A DNA stretch of 33,017 bases from a virus (Duplodnaviria > Heunggongvirae > Uroviricota > Caudoviricetes). The notes under the pieces were generated by a model, which did not search any database, was not told where the DNA came from, and saw nothing but the letters and a program-made list of their open reading frames with translations. Location: IMG/VR virus record IMGVR_UViG_3300029886_000150; one strand, written 5' to 3'. This document shows, one piece after another, positions 1 to 7,907 of this stretch; positions within the stretch are counted from its first letter, which is position 1; every line of letters starts with the position of its first letter. Both the position numbers and the translations under genes were made by a program.

Positions 1-996
1 TTATGGACGCATTATGGACATTCCTGACACCGGGTTAAGAGTCACTGCATCTTGTAAGAAATCCGGTGCAAAGTGTGCGTAGGTCATAGTTTGCTGAATG
101 TTAGAATGACCCAGGATGCGCTGCAATGTGATTATGTTACCTCCATTCATTATAAAATGTGTGGCAAATGTATGCCTCAAAACATGCACTGCCTGTCCGT
201 CAGGTAAATCGGGTTTTACTTCCCTGAGAGCGTTGCGCACTTTGTAGTAACTGGCATTAAAAAGCCTGCCTGAATTTTTGGTCTTGATCCGTTTAATCAG
301 GTCCTGCGAAACGGGAATTGTCCTGCGCTTTCCGTTTTTAGTTTTCATAAACGTAACCATCTGGTTAATGATGTGTTCAGCTTTTAAATTAGACACTTCA
401 CTCCAGCGTCCACCAGTAGAAAGGCAGACCAGAGTCGCATTTAATTCATCACCATCGAGCATGGATAACAGCCGTGTAATCTCTTCACTGGACAAAAAAG
501 CCATTTCTGTAACAGCTTCACGTAATCGCTTAACCTCACGGAACGGGTTGTGAGAATGGTATTCACCGGCATCAATTAACTTGGTGAACATCCCGCTCAT
601 TATTGCCAGATGCCGATTTACGCTGGCTGGTTTTAGACCATCGTTCATCATTACAACGCGATAATCAGTTATCGTTTTCTTTGTTAGCTGGTCAGCTCTG
701 GACACTCCCATTTCTGCAAATTTGGCGATTATTGTCGTCAAACGCCCCCGTTCAATATCTCCACGCTCATGTGATTTTCCGTGATATATCCACCATCTGC
801 CTAACAACTCTGTAAGAGTTCGGCGGTCGGCTGGCTTCTCCAGCCACTCTTTGTTGTGGTAGTTAACCAGTACATGACGTTCGAATGCTTGAGCTTCACC
901 TTTAGTTTTAAATTTCCGCCTGATACGTTTTCCATCTGCACCCTGCGGTCTGACGTCCACTTCATAACGACCATCATCGAGCTTTTTAATAGACAT
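1..996 (-). CDS. int: Tyrosine site-specific integrase (P2 Int-like), 331 aa
   Basis: ORF track 1..996 minus; start codon ATG at 994-996. Conserved tyrosine-recombinase C-terminal motifs (HVLRHTFATHF, LGHSNIQQTMTYAH). Position next to the C repressor at the prophage end. Confidence 0.9.
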   Translation of the reverse strand: MSIKKLDDGRYEVDVRPQGADGKRIRRKFKTKGEAQAFERHVLVNYHNKEWLEKPADRRTLTELLGRWWIYHGKSHERGDIERGRLTTIIAKFAEMGVSRADQLTKKTITDYRVVMMNDGLKPASVNRHLAIMSGMFTKLIDAGEYHSHNPFREVKRLREAVTEMAFLSSEEITRLLSMLDGDELNATLVCLSTGGRWSEVSNLKAEHIINQMVTFMKTKNGKRRTIPVSQDLIKRIKTKNSGRLFNASYYKVRNALREVKPDLPDGQAVHVLRHTFATHFIMNGGNIITLQRILGHSNIQQTMTYAHFAPDFLQDAVTLNPVSGMSIMRP

Positions 997-1089
997 AAAG
1001 CCCTCCGATGACGCTGTTTACTTCTACTACTTGAAAATTAATGCAATTTTCTTTCGTACATTTACTGCATACATATGCTGAATAAATCG

Positions 1090-1401
1090 TCAGCCAGTCT
1101 TTTGGTCTGAGTGGTGCAAGGTTGTTGAGTCTTGCCCAATGTGCGCGAGCGCCGGGGCTATTTGTCCGCCAGCGGGATCAGTTTCATCAAACATGAACCA
1201 GTCACGGTACTTGCGAAATCTTTCAGGCTTGAAAAATTTCATGCCTGCGTCAAAAGACATCTTTACTTTTCCCTGCTCATATCCAGCATAGGTGTTGTAG
1301 TTAATTCCAGTTAATTCAGCAACTTGCTTCCTTGTCATTCTTTCTGACTCCCGAATAAGTGCGAGTTTCTCTGCTTGAGATGTGATTTGTGTATTTGACA
1401 T
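1090..1401 (-). CDS. C: Immunity repressor C (P2 C-like HTH repressor), about 103 aa
   Basis: ORF 1090..1449 minus trimmed to the internal ATG at 1399-1401 (MSNTQITSQ...). HTH segment MTRKQVAELTGINYNTYAGYEQG; size and position match P2 C, divergent from cox. Confidence 0.85.
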   Translation of the reverse strand: MSNTQITSQAEKLALIRESERMTRKQVAELTGINYNTYAGYEQGKVKMSFDAGMKFFKPERFRKYRDWFMFDETDPAGGQIAPALAHIGQDSTTLHHSDQKTG

Positions 1402-1505
1402 GAATTGTCGTATCTCGTAATTTATGTTGTATGCGACACACCAGAACAACTCAGAGCGGCTTCAAATAGCTCTGGTTGAATGGCACCAAAGTTGAGGATA
1501 TCAAA
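1402..1505. promoter_or_regulatory. C/cox lysis-lysogeny switch region (expected face-to-face Pc and Pe promoters and operators)
   Basis: Short intergenic region between the divergent C (minus) and cox (plus) genes; assignment by position as in P2. Individual -10/-35 elements and operators not resolved. Confidence 0.5.
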
Positions 1506-1862
1506 ATGAGTATTGGATCAGAAATGAATAACGATGTTGGAGAAAAAGTATCTGATCTCACAAAAAGTAAAAAATGTGACATCAAACTTGCAGCCGCACC
1601 GTCGGATTTGCTCTCGAAAGAGGGATTTGCTCTTTACATCGGTAAGACGCCTCGTGCTGTTGCTGAAATGGCGAAAGCAGGCAAGTTACCAGCCTTTTAT
1701 ATGACGGACCCATTAAAGCCGGGCGGTCATGCTGAGTTATGGATTAATCGCCGTGAGTGGGACAAGTACGCAGCCCAACTAGTTGATGAAGCTCCGACAG
1801 AATGGCATGACTGGAAAAATCGCATTAGTTACAGCAAATCAAGACATGGCCGTGCGGCTTAA
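1506..1862 (+). CDS. cox: Cox-like excisionase / transcriptional regulator, N-terminally extended
   Basis: ORF track 1476..1862 begins at TTG; first in-frame ATG at 1506 preceded by GAGGA. HTH-like segment FALYIGKTPRAVAEMAKAGKLP...MTDP resembles P2 Cox. The start is uncertain (ATG 1524 is also possible). Confidence 0.7.
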   Translation: MSIGSEMNNDVGEKVSDLTKSKKCDIKLAAAPSDLLSKEGFALYIGKTPRAVAEMAKAGKLPAFYMTDPLKPGGHAELWINRREWDKYAAQLVDEAPTEWHDWKNRISYSKSRHGRAA

Positions 1863-1872
1863 GGTGGAAAGG

Positions 1873-2043
1873 ATGAACGAGCCTCGTTGTATTGCTCAGT
1901 TATTGCGTAACGAAAGCCCCAGGGCGATTGACTTCACCATTACCCACGGTAAGGGGCGTAAGGGAATCATTATCCGCACCAAAAAACAGAGTCCGTTAAA
2001 AAAGGCTCTGACCTTTCTGAAAAGCCGGAGGGTATGGAAATGA
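1873..2043 (+). CDS. Small hypothetical early protein (position of P2 orf78)
   Basis: In-frame ATG at 1873 after an AAGGTGGAAAGG ribosome-binding site; ORF ends at 2043 and overlaps the B start. Confidence 0.4.
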   Translation: MNEPRCIAQLLRNESPRAIDFTITHGKGRKGIIIRTKKQSPLKKALTFLKSRRVWK

Positions 2044-2540
2044 CAGTGATGACGCTCAATCTCGTTGAAAAACAACCAGCAACTATGCGCCGGATAATTG
2101 GTAAGCATCTTGCCGTCCCTCGCTGGCAGGAGACATGTGATTATTATAATCAGATGATGGAGCGCGAACGGCTAACGGTTTGCTTCCATGCACAGTTAAA
2201 ACAGCATCATGCAACGATGCGTTTTGAAGAAATGAACGACGTCGAACGTGAACGGCTGGTTTGTGCAATTGATGAATTGCGTGGGGCATTCTCAAAACGC
2301 CGTCAGGTCGGTGCAAGTGAGTATGCATATATTAGCTTTTTAACTGTCAGTCAGCGCCGTACTTTATTTATGCACGCACGACTGACAGAAAAAGAATTTA
2401 ATCAGCCATACTGGCGAATTAATGAAGAGTCATGTTACTGGCGTGATGCTTTATTCCGTGCATTACGTGAATTATTCAGTCTGTTTGAATATGCACCGAC
2501 AATTCTGACGTCGGTAAAACCAGAGCAATATCTGCATTAA
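2034..2540 (+). CDS. B: Replication protein B (P2 gpB-like), 168 aa
   Basis: ORF 2034..2540 plus; length and sequence (MTLNLVEKQPA...RINEESCYWRDALFRALRELF) match the P2 gpB family as recalled; position between cox and A. Confidence 0.85.
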   Translation: MEMTVMTLNLVEKQPATMRRIIGKHLAVPRWQETCDYYNQMMERERLTVCFHAQLKQHHATMRFEEMNDVERERLVCAIDELRGAFSKRRQVGASEYAYISFLTVSQRRTLFMHARLTEKEFNQPYWRINEESCYWRDALFRALRELFSLFEYAPTILTSVKPEQYLH

Positions 2541-2603
2541 GTAATTAACCAAAGTTTTTAACGCACTTAATCGTGCGGGGCTTCTTTTTGCCTGGAGAAA
2601 GTC

Positions 2604-2816
2604 ATGCATACAGTTTCTGAAAATCAGTGCGGTAAATACGCATTAATGCTGCAACAGGCCAGAACCGAAGCACAGGCCGATGCAGCAACGCGCTTTTCGT
2701 CTCATCTTGATGCCATGATTCGCCACATCACAAAGGCGGAGTTATCCCGCGTGGAGATAGTCGAGTTGCTCAGTCAGGAGTCTGCCAAATTCCATAATCT
2801 AGGACTCAATAAATAA
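2604..2816 (+). CDS. Hypothetical early protein (P2 orf80 position), 70 aa
   Basis: ATG at 2604 with upstream GGAGAAAG; compact same-strand array of small early ORFs. Confidence 0.6.
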   Translation: MHTVSENQCGKYALMLQQARTEAQADAATRFSSHLDAMIRHITKAELSRVEIVELLSQESAKFHNLGLNK

Positions 2817-2830
2817 CAGGGAAGTTGGAG

Positions 2831-3076
2831 ATGACAAATACAAAATGGTTCAGGAAACGCTTAACAGATTATCAACTTTCATTACTTAAAAAATTAGATG
2901 ACAAGACTCCACTACATCCTTCAAGCGATGTCTTCCGCTCCTGTCCTAGTCGTGTGGAAAAAGCATTTATAGCAATGGGGAAATGGGGGCTTGTGACCAA
3001 ATCAAGAGAAGGTTTCTGTATTACCGATAATGGCCGGGAAATGATTGATTCTGCGGAGAGGGCATATAGCGAATGA
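2831..3076 (+). CDS. Hypothetical early protein (P2 orf81 position), 81 aa
   Basis: ORF track 2825 start is TTG; ATG at 2831 follows GGAG. Its stop overlaps the start of the next ORF. Confidence 0.6.
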   Translation: MTNTKWFRKRLTDYQLSLLKKLDDKTPLHPSSDVFRSCPSRVEKAFIAMGKWGLVTKSREGFCITDNGREMIDSAERAYSE

Positions 3077-3363
3077 AAAATATATTGCTTAATAACTGGC
3101 TGAAGATTTCAGTCATGAAAAATGGTGATTTGTCGCTAGCTGATATTAAACGCGATAAAAACACTGGGGATATGGTGGAATCAACTATAGCCATTTATGC
3201 GGATAAATTAAATCTCCTGTCTGATGTGGTCAATTTACTTGTTAAACGCGCTGTATTTCATAAGCAAATTTCATCCGTGGATGAACTGACAAAATTAACG
3301 ACAGAAATCGCCAGTTATTGCGCTGATGAATTTAAGAAACTGAACGACAAAAGGAACTGGTAA
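3073..3363 (+). CDS. Hypothetical early protein (P2 orf82 position), 96 aa
   Basis: ATG at 3073; ORF through 3363, translationally coupled to neighbours. Confidence 0.6.
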   Translation: MKNILLNNWLKISVMKNGDLSLADIKRDKNTGDMVESTIAIYADKLNLLSDVVNLLVKRAVFHKQISSVDELTKLTTEIASYCADEFKKLNDKRNW

Positions 3364-3587
3364 TGCCGGACAACGTAGATTTCATTCAGGAACAACAGGC
3401 TGAATTACTGGAGCGCCAGATTAACGCGGCAAGGGTAAAACATTGCGGTGTTTCTGCGCTGGTTTGCGAAGAGTGTGACGCGCCAATACCTGCTGCCCGT
3501 CGTGCGGCTTATCCGTCAGCCACGCGTTGTGTTTCCTGTCAGTCAGTCTTTGAAGCAAAAAACAAACATTACCGGAGAACGGCATGA
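3363..3587 (+). CDS. TraR/DksA-family C4 zinc-finger protein, 74 aa
   Basis: Four cysteines in CxxC...CxxC spacing (CEECD ... CVSCQ) typical of the TraR/DksA fold; ATG 3363 overlaps the previous stop (TAATG). Confidence 0.7.
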   Translation: MPDNVDFIQEQQAELLERQINAARVKHCGVSALVCEECDAPIPAARRAAYPSATRCVSCQSVFEAKNKHYRRTA

Positions 3588-3859
3588 GTATTCGTATCGA
3601 AATTGGCGAACGTTATGTCGTTACCAGTGACAGCTTTCAGTTTATTCTCCACGAGAAAAAGAGAGCGGAAAGCGGTAAAAACGCCGGTCAGGAATGGCTG
3701 GCGGTGGTTGGTTATTACCCGAAATTAAGCCAGCTCGTTTCCGGCCTGATGCATCACGATATTCTGACCGGAAGCGCAAAGTCTTTTGCTGATTTAAACG
3801 CGCAGGTTGAGCAACTCAGCAAGCGTTGTTCAGAGGCTTTTGGCTCATATGGCCGTTAA
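3584..3859 (+). CDS. Hypothetical early protein, 91 aa
   Basis: ATG 3584 after GGAGAACGGC; ends at 3859, overlapping the A start. Confidence 0.6.
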   Translation: MSIRIEIGERYVVTSDSFQFILHEKKRAESGKNAGQEWLAVVGYYPKLSQLVSGLMHHDILTGSAKSFADLNAQVEQLSKRCSEAFGSYGR

Positions 3860-6134
3860 AGCCTCCGGGCGTTTTGTCCCTCCGTCAGCATTTGCCGCAG
3901 GCACCGGTAAGGCGTTTACCGGTGCTTATGCATGGAACGCGCCACGCGAGGCTGTCGGGCGCGAAAGACCCCTTACACGTGACGAGATGCGTCAGGTGCA
4001 AGGTGTTTTATCCACGATTAACCGCCTGCCTTACTTTTTGCGCTCGCTGTTTACTTCACGCTATGACTACATCCGGCGCAATAAAAGCCCGGTGCACGGG
4101 TTTTATTTCCTCACATCCACTTTTCAGCGTCGTTTATGGCCGCGCATTGAGCGCGTGAATCAGCGCCATGAAATGAACACCGACGCGTCGTTACTGTTTC
4201 TGGCAGAGCGTGACCACTATGCGCGCCTGCCGGGGATGAATGACAAGGAGCTGAAAAAGTTTGCCGCCCGTATCTCATCGCAGCTTTTCATGATGTATGA
4301 GGAACTCTGCGATGCATGGGTTGATGCACATGGCGAAAAAGAATCGCTGTTTACGGATGAGGCGCAGACTCACCTGTATGGTCATGTTGCTGGCGCTGCA
4401 CGTGCTTTCAATATTTCCCCGCTCTACTGGAAAAAATACCGTAAAGGACAGATAACCACGAGGCAGGCATATTCTGCCATTGCCCGTCTGTTTAACGATG
4501 AGTGGTGGACTCATCAGCTTAAAGGCCAGCGTATGCGCTGGCATGAGGCGTTACTGATTGCTGTCGGGGAGGTCAATAAAGACCGTTCTCCTTATGCCAG
4601 TAAACATGCCATTCGTGATGTGCGTGCACGCCGCCAGGCAAATCTGGAATTTCTTAAATCGTGTGACCTTGAAAACAGGGAAACCGGCGAGCGCATCGAC
4701 CTTATCAGTAAGGTGATGGGCAGTATTTCTAATCCTGAAATTCGCCGGATGGAGCTGATGAACACCATCGCCGGAATTGAGCGTTATGCCGCCGCAGAGG
4801 GTGATGTGGGGATGTTTATCACGCTGACCGCGCCGTCAAAGTATCACCCGACACGTCAGGTCGGAAAAGGCGAAAGTAAAACCGTCCAGCTAAATCACGG
4901 CTGGAATGATGAGGCATTTAATCCAAAGGATGCGCAGCGTTATCTCTGCCATATCTGGAGCCTGATGCGCACGGCATTCAAGGATAATGATTTACAGGTC
5001 TACGGTTTGCGTGTCGTCGAGCCACACCACGACGGAACGCCGCACTGGCATATGATGCTTTTTTGTAATCCACGCCAGCGTAACCAGATTATTGAAATCA
5101 TGCGTCGCTATGCGCTCAAAGAGGATGGCGACGAAAGAGGAGCCGCGCGAAACCGTTTTCAGGCAAAACACCTTAACCGGGGCGGTGCTGCGGGATATAT
5201 CGCGAAATACATCTCAAAAAACATCGACGGCTATGCACTGGATGGTCAGCTCGATAATGATACCGGTAGGCCGCTGAAAGACACAGCTGCGGCTGTTACC
5301 GCATGGGCGTCAACGTGGCGCATTCCGCAATTTAAAACGGTTGGTCTGCCGACAATGGGGGCTTACCGTGAATTACGCAAATTGCCTCGCGGCGTCAGCA
5401 TTGCTGATGAGTTTGACGAGCGCGTCGAGGCTGCACGCGCCGCCGCAGACAGTGGTGATTTTGCGTTGTATATCAGCGCGCAGGGTGGGGCAAATGTTCC
5501 GCGCGATTGTCAGACTGTCAGAGTCGCCCGTAGCCCGTCGGATGACGTTAACGAGTACGAGGAAGAAGTCGAGAGAGTGGTCGGCATTTACGCACCGCAT
5601 CTCGGCGCGCGTCATATTCATATCACCAGAACCACGGATTGGCGCATTGTGCCGAAAGTTCCGGTCGTTGAGCCTTTGACTTTAAAAAGCGGCATCGCCG
5701 CGCCTCGGAGTCCTGTCAATAACTGTGGAAAGCTCACTGGTGGTGATACTTCGTTACCGGCTCCCACGCCTTCTGAGCACGCCGCAGCAGTGCTTAATCT
5801 GGTTGATGACGGTGTTATCGAATGGAATGAACCGGAGGTCGTGAGGACGCTCAGGGGTGCATTAAAACACGGCCTGAAAACACCAAACCGTCAGCAAAGA
5901 AACGGAAGCCCGTTAAAATCACATGAAATAGCACCGTCGGCCAGGCTGACCCGGTCGGAACGATTGCAAATCACCCGTATCCGCGTTGACCTTGCTCAGA
6001 ATGGAATCTTGCCCCAGCGATGGGAGCTTGAGGCGCTGGCGCGTGGGGCAACCATAAATTATGACGGGAAACAATTCACGTATCTGGCTGCTGATGAGTG
6101 GCCGGGATTCTCAACAGTAATGGAGTGGACATGA
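3849..6134 (+). CDS. A: Rolling-circle replication initiator / nicking endonuclease A (P2 gpA-like), 761 aa
   Basis: ORF track 3807..6134 begins at TTG; first ATG at 3849 gives 761 aa, the P2 gpA length. Sequence resembles the gpA family as recalled; position after B and the early ORFs. Confidence 0.9.
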   Translation: MAVKASGRFVPPSAFAAGTGKAFTGAYAWNAPREAVGRERPLTRDEMRQVQGVLSTINRLPYFLRSLFTSRYDYIRRNKSPVHGFYFLTSTFQRRLWPRIERVNQRHEMNTDASLLFLAERDHYARLPGMNDKELKKFAARISSQLFMMYEELCDAWVDAHGEKESLFTDEAQTHLYGHVAGAARAFNISPLYWKKYRKGQITTRQAYSAIARLFNDEWWTHQLKGQRMRWHEALLIAVGEVNKDRSPYASKHAIRDVRARRQANLEFLKSCDLENRETGERIDLISKVMGSISNPEIRRMELMNTIAGIERYAAAEGDVGMFITLTAPSKYHPTRQVGKGESKTVQLNHGWNDEAFNPKDAQRYLCHIWSLMRTAFKDNDLQVYGLRVVEPHHDGTPHWHMMLFCNPRQRNQIIEIMRRYALKEDGDERGAARNRFQAKHLNRGGAAGYIAKYISKNIDGYALDGQLDNDTGRPLKDTAAAVTAWASTWRIPQFKTVGLPTMGAYRELRKLPRGVSIADEFDERVEAARAAADSGDFALYISAQGGANVPRDCQTVRVARSPSDDVNEYEEEVERVVGIYAPHLGARHIHITRTTDWRIVPKVPVVEPLTLKSGIAAPRSPVNNCGKLTGGDTSLPAPTPSEHAAAVLNLVDDGVIEWNEPEVVRTLRGALKHGLKTPNRQQRNGSPLKSHEIAPSARLTRSERLQITRIRVDLAQNGILPQRWELEALARGATINYDGKQFTYLAADEWPGFSTVMEWT

Positions 6135-6586
6135 TGGCAAAAATTCACGAGGTAAAGCTGCACGCAAAATATTTTGACCTTGTGCTGGAAGGAAAGAAAC
6201 GCGCAGAGTTTCGGAAAAATGACCGTAATTATGAGCGCGGGGACACGTTGATTTTGCATGAATGGGTGCAGGGTGTGTATACGGGGCGAAAGGTTGAAGC
6301 CCGGATAACAGATGTTACTGACCTGTCAGACTGGCTGGCAGATTATGTCTTGCTAAGTATTGAGCTGCTTAATACAGGCGCATATGAGATTGTGAACTGG
6401 AAAGAACTTAGTGAGCGTGGTCTGGTATTCAGAATTAATCATGAAATTATGCATCAGCTCGGCCTTGCTGTTATGTATGAACCAGAGACGGGGATGTCTG
6501 GCGGGGCAATGGTTGCCACGGATGGAGCATGGAACTATTCAGATGAACAGATGGAGCGTGCAAAGCAAAACGGGTGGCTTGGATAA
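6131..6586 (+). CDS. ASCH-like (DUF3850-like) domain protein, about 151 aa, first cargo gene
   Basis: ATG at 6131 overlapping the A stop (ATGA). N-terminal segment HEVKLHAKYFDLVLEGKKRAEFRKNDRNYERGDTLILHEW matches the ASCH/DUF3850 pattern as I recall it. Confidence 0.6.
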   Translation: MMAKIHEVKLHAKYFDLVLEGKKRAEFRKNDRNYERGDTLILHEWVQGVYTGRKVEARITDVTDLSDWLADYVLLSIELLNTGAYEIVNWKELSERGLVFRINHEIMHQLGLAVMYEPETGMSGGAMVATDGAWNYSDEQMERAKQNGWLG

Positions 6587-6792
6587 TGCACAGAATACCA
6601 GGCGAGATACCGCGACATAACACTAAAAATATCAAGCTGATGGCTATTGTTCACCGTCTACAGCAGATTATGGTCAACGAAAATCTGACGCCTGACGAGC
6701 TGGTCGGGTGTGCCGAAATAGTCCGGGATAATTACGGGCGGCTTAACTATATCGGTCAGTCCAGCGTTGCGCCACCACTACGCAGACGATAG
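6586..6792 (+). CDS. Small hypothetical protein, 68 aa
   Basis: ATG 6586 overlaps the upstream stop (TAATG); ORF ends at TAG 6790-6792, followed immediately by the hairpin at 6797-6835. No recognisable motif. Confidence 0.4.
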   Translation: MHRIPGEIPRHNTKNIKLMAIVHRLQQIMVNENLTPDELVGCAEIVRDNYGRLNYIGQSSVAPPLRRR

Positions 6793-6796
6793 AGAA

Positions 6797-6835
6797 CGCC
6801 GCCAGCCGTGAAACTTGTTTTCAGGGCTGGCGGCG
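6797..6835 (+). terminator. Stem-loop element, copy 1 (11-bp GC-rich stem, 17-nt loop containing GAAACTTGTTTTCAG), followed by GTTGAACAAC
   Basis: CGCCGCCAGCC (6797-6807) pairs with GGCTGGCGGCG (6825-6835); sits 5 nt after the stop of the 68-aa ORF. No U-tract follows, so it is not a canonical intrinsic terminator. Confidence 0.5.
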
Positions 6836-7016
6836 TTGAACAACGAGCGTAGCGAGGCGTTAGTTGACAGTCATATTTTTACTGCGTAGGTGCTGGTTTT
6901 TGACGGTTGAAAGGAGTTAGGTTGGAGAGCTAACAACTTACAAATATTCAAAAGTGAGCATCCTGTTGCTAACATGAGGTCGATTTTTTTATGTGGATGA
7001 TGCAAAAAGGATAGCT

Positions 7017-7748
7017 ATGGATACTGTAATCGCTTTTCTATCACTCGCTTTTTTCGTTGCTTTTTTCATCGGGTTAATCAAGCCATCACTGGTGCGGATG
7101 CCAAACCGTAAACGTGCAAGTGCGGTTTATCTCGGAGGTGGTTTTGCATTGAGCATAATTGGTTCAATACTCTACCCAACAGAAAAAAGCCAGCCAGTTG
7201 CTAAAACTGAAACATCAACCGTAGCAGAACACCAAACCCAAAAAACATTCGAATATAGTGAAAAAACACTCAAGGAATATCGGAACGAGCCAAAGAAGAC
7301 TCGACACGATATTGTGAATAGTTACATTGACTTTAAGAAAGTGCCTGTCACCGCATCAGATGTATTTTACGCCTGCATGAGTGAGTATACATTTACCAAA
7401 GATGATGAGTTGAAACTCGGTGATGTTCTTGGGTGGTGCTTTAATGATTATGAAAATGACCCGAATTCATTAAACAATAAAATCAATCTTGATACATTTC
7501 AGAGTAATTTTAGTGGTTGGGATGGTTCTTATCGGCCATTGGAAAAACTAATTAAAGATAATATGAACGATGATTCATCTTATAAACATGTGTCAACGCT
7601 ATATCATTTGGTTTTGAATAAAGACCCGCATGCCATTGTGAAAACCACGTTTCGCGGAACTAATGCTTATGGCGGGGTGGTTAAACAGACGATCTCGGCG
7701 CGTGTTGATGTGCGAACGGGTGAAGTTGTTTCGATACTCGATAACTAA
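7017..7748 (+). CDS. Cargo protein with two predicted N-terminal transmembrane helices and a C-terminal soluble domain of about 180 aa; function unknown
   Basis: ORF track 6993..7748 starts at GTG; ATG 7017 has a better ribosome-binding site (AGGA, 5-nt spacer). Hydrophobic segments VIAFLSLAFFVAFFIGLI and AVYLGGGFALSIIGSILY. AT-rich coding sequence. Confidence 0.65.
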   Translation: MDTVIAFLSLAFFVAFFIGLIKPSLVRMPNRKRASAVYLGGGFALSIIGSILYPTEKSQPVAKTETSTVAEHQTQKTFEYSEKTLKEYRNEPKKTRHDIVNSYIDFKKVPVTASDVFYACMSEYTFTKDDELKLGDVLGWCFNDYENDPNSLNNKINLDTFQSNFSGWDGSYRPLEKLIKDNMNDDSSYKHVSTLYHLVLNKDPHAIVKTTFRGTNAYGGVVKQTISARVDVRTGEVVSILDN

Positions 7749-7765
7749 ACCAGTAAAGTGATAAA

Positions 7766-7802
7766 CGCCGTCAGTACTGAAACTTGTTTCAGGCTGACGG
7801 TG
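7766..7802 (+). terminator. Stem-loop element, copy 2 (CGCCGTCAG / CTGACGGTG stem around CTGAAACTTGTTTCAG), followed by GTTGAACGAC
   Basis: Same loop core and same downstream GTTGAAC motif as copy 1, with different but still complementary stem bases; sits 18 nt after the 2-TM gene stop. Confidence 0.5.
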
Positions 7803-7848
7803 TTGAACGACATTAACAGTGATAAATTAGTAGCGGAACACAATAATC

Positions 7849-7877
7849 TTGTTTTGTGCATGAAAAGCATGTATTGT
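7849..7877 (+). promoter_or_regulatory. Candidate sigma70-type promoter for the 224-aa cargo gene (TTGTTT, 17-nt spacer, TATTGT)
   Basis: Hexamers with a 17-nt spacer about 30 nt upstream of ATG 7908, in an AT-rich intergenic region after the copy-2 hairpin. Confidence 0.3.
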
Positions 7878-7907
7878 GCGTAAAACGTCTATTTTACGAG
7901 GTGCGTT

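Noticed and set aside
3807-3848. N-terminal extensions in the ORF track for A (3807), cox (1476), O (11827), L (14666), X (15166), V (19016), P (to 11749), the 2-TM gene (6993) and ogr (32736)
   Set aside because: These extensions begin at TTG or GTG or lack a ribosome-binding site; trimming to the first well-placed ATG reproduces the canonical P2 protein lengths.
6993-7748. Identifying the 2-TM protein (251 aa from its GTG start) as P2 Tin
   Set aside because: It occupies the tin position, but I cannot recall the Tin sequence or its length with confidence, and Tin acts on a cytoplasmic target while this protein looks membrane-anchored. Left as unknown pending alignment.
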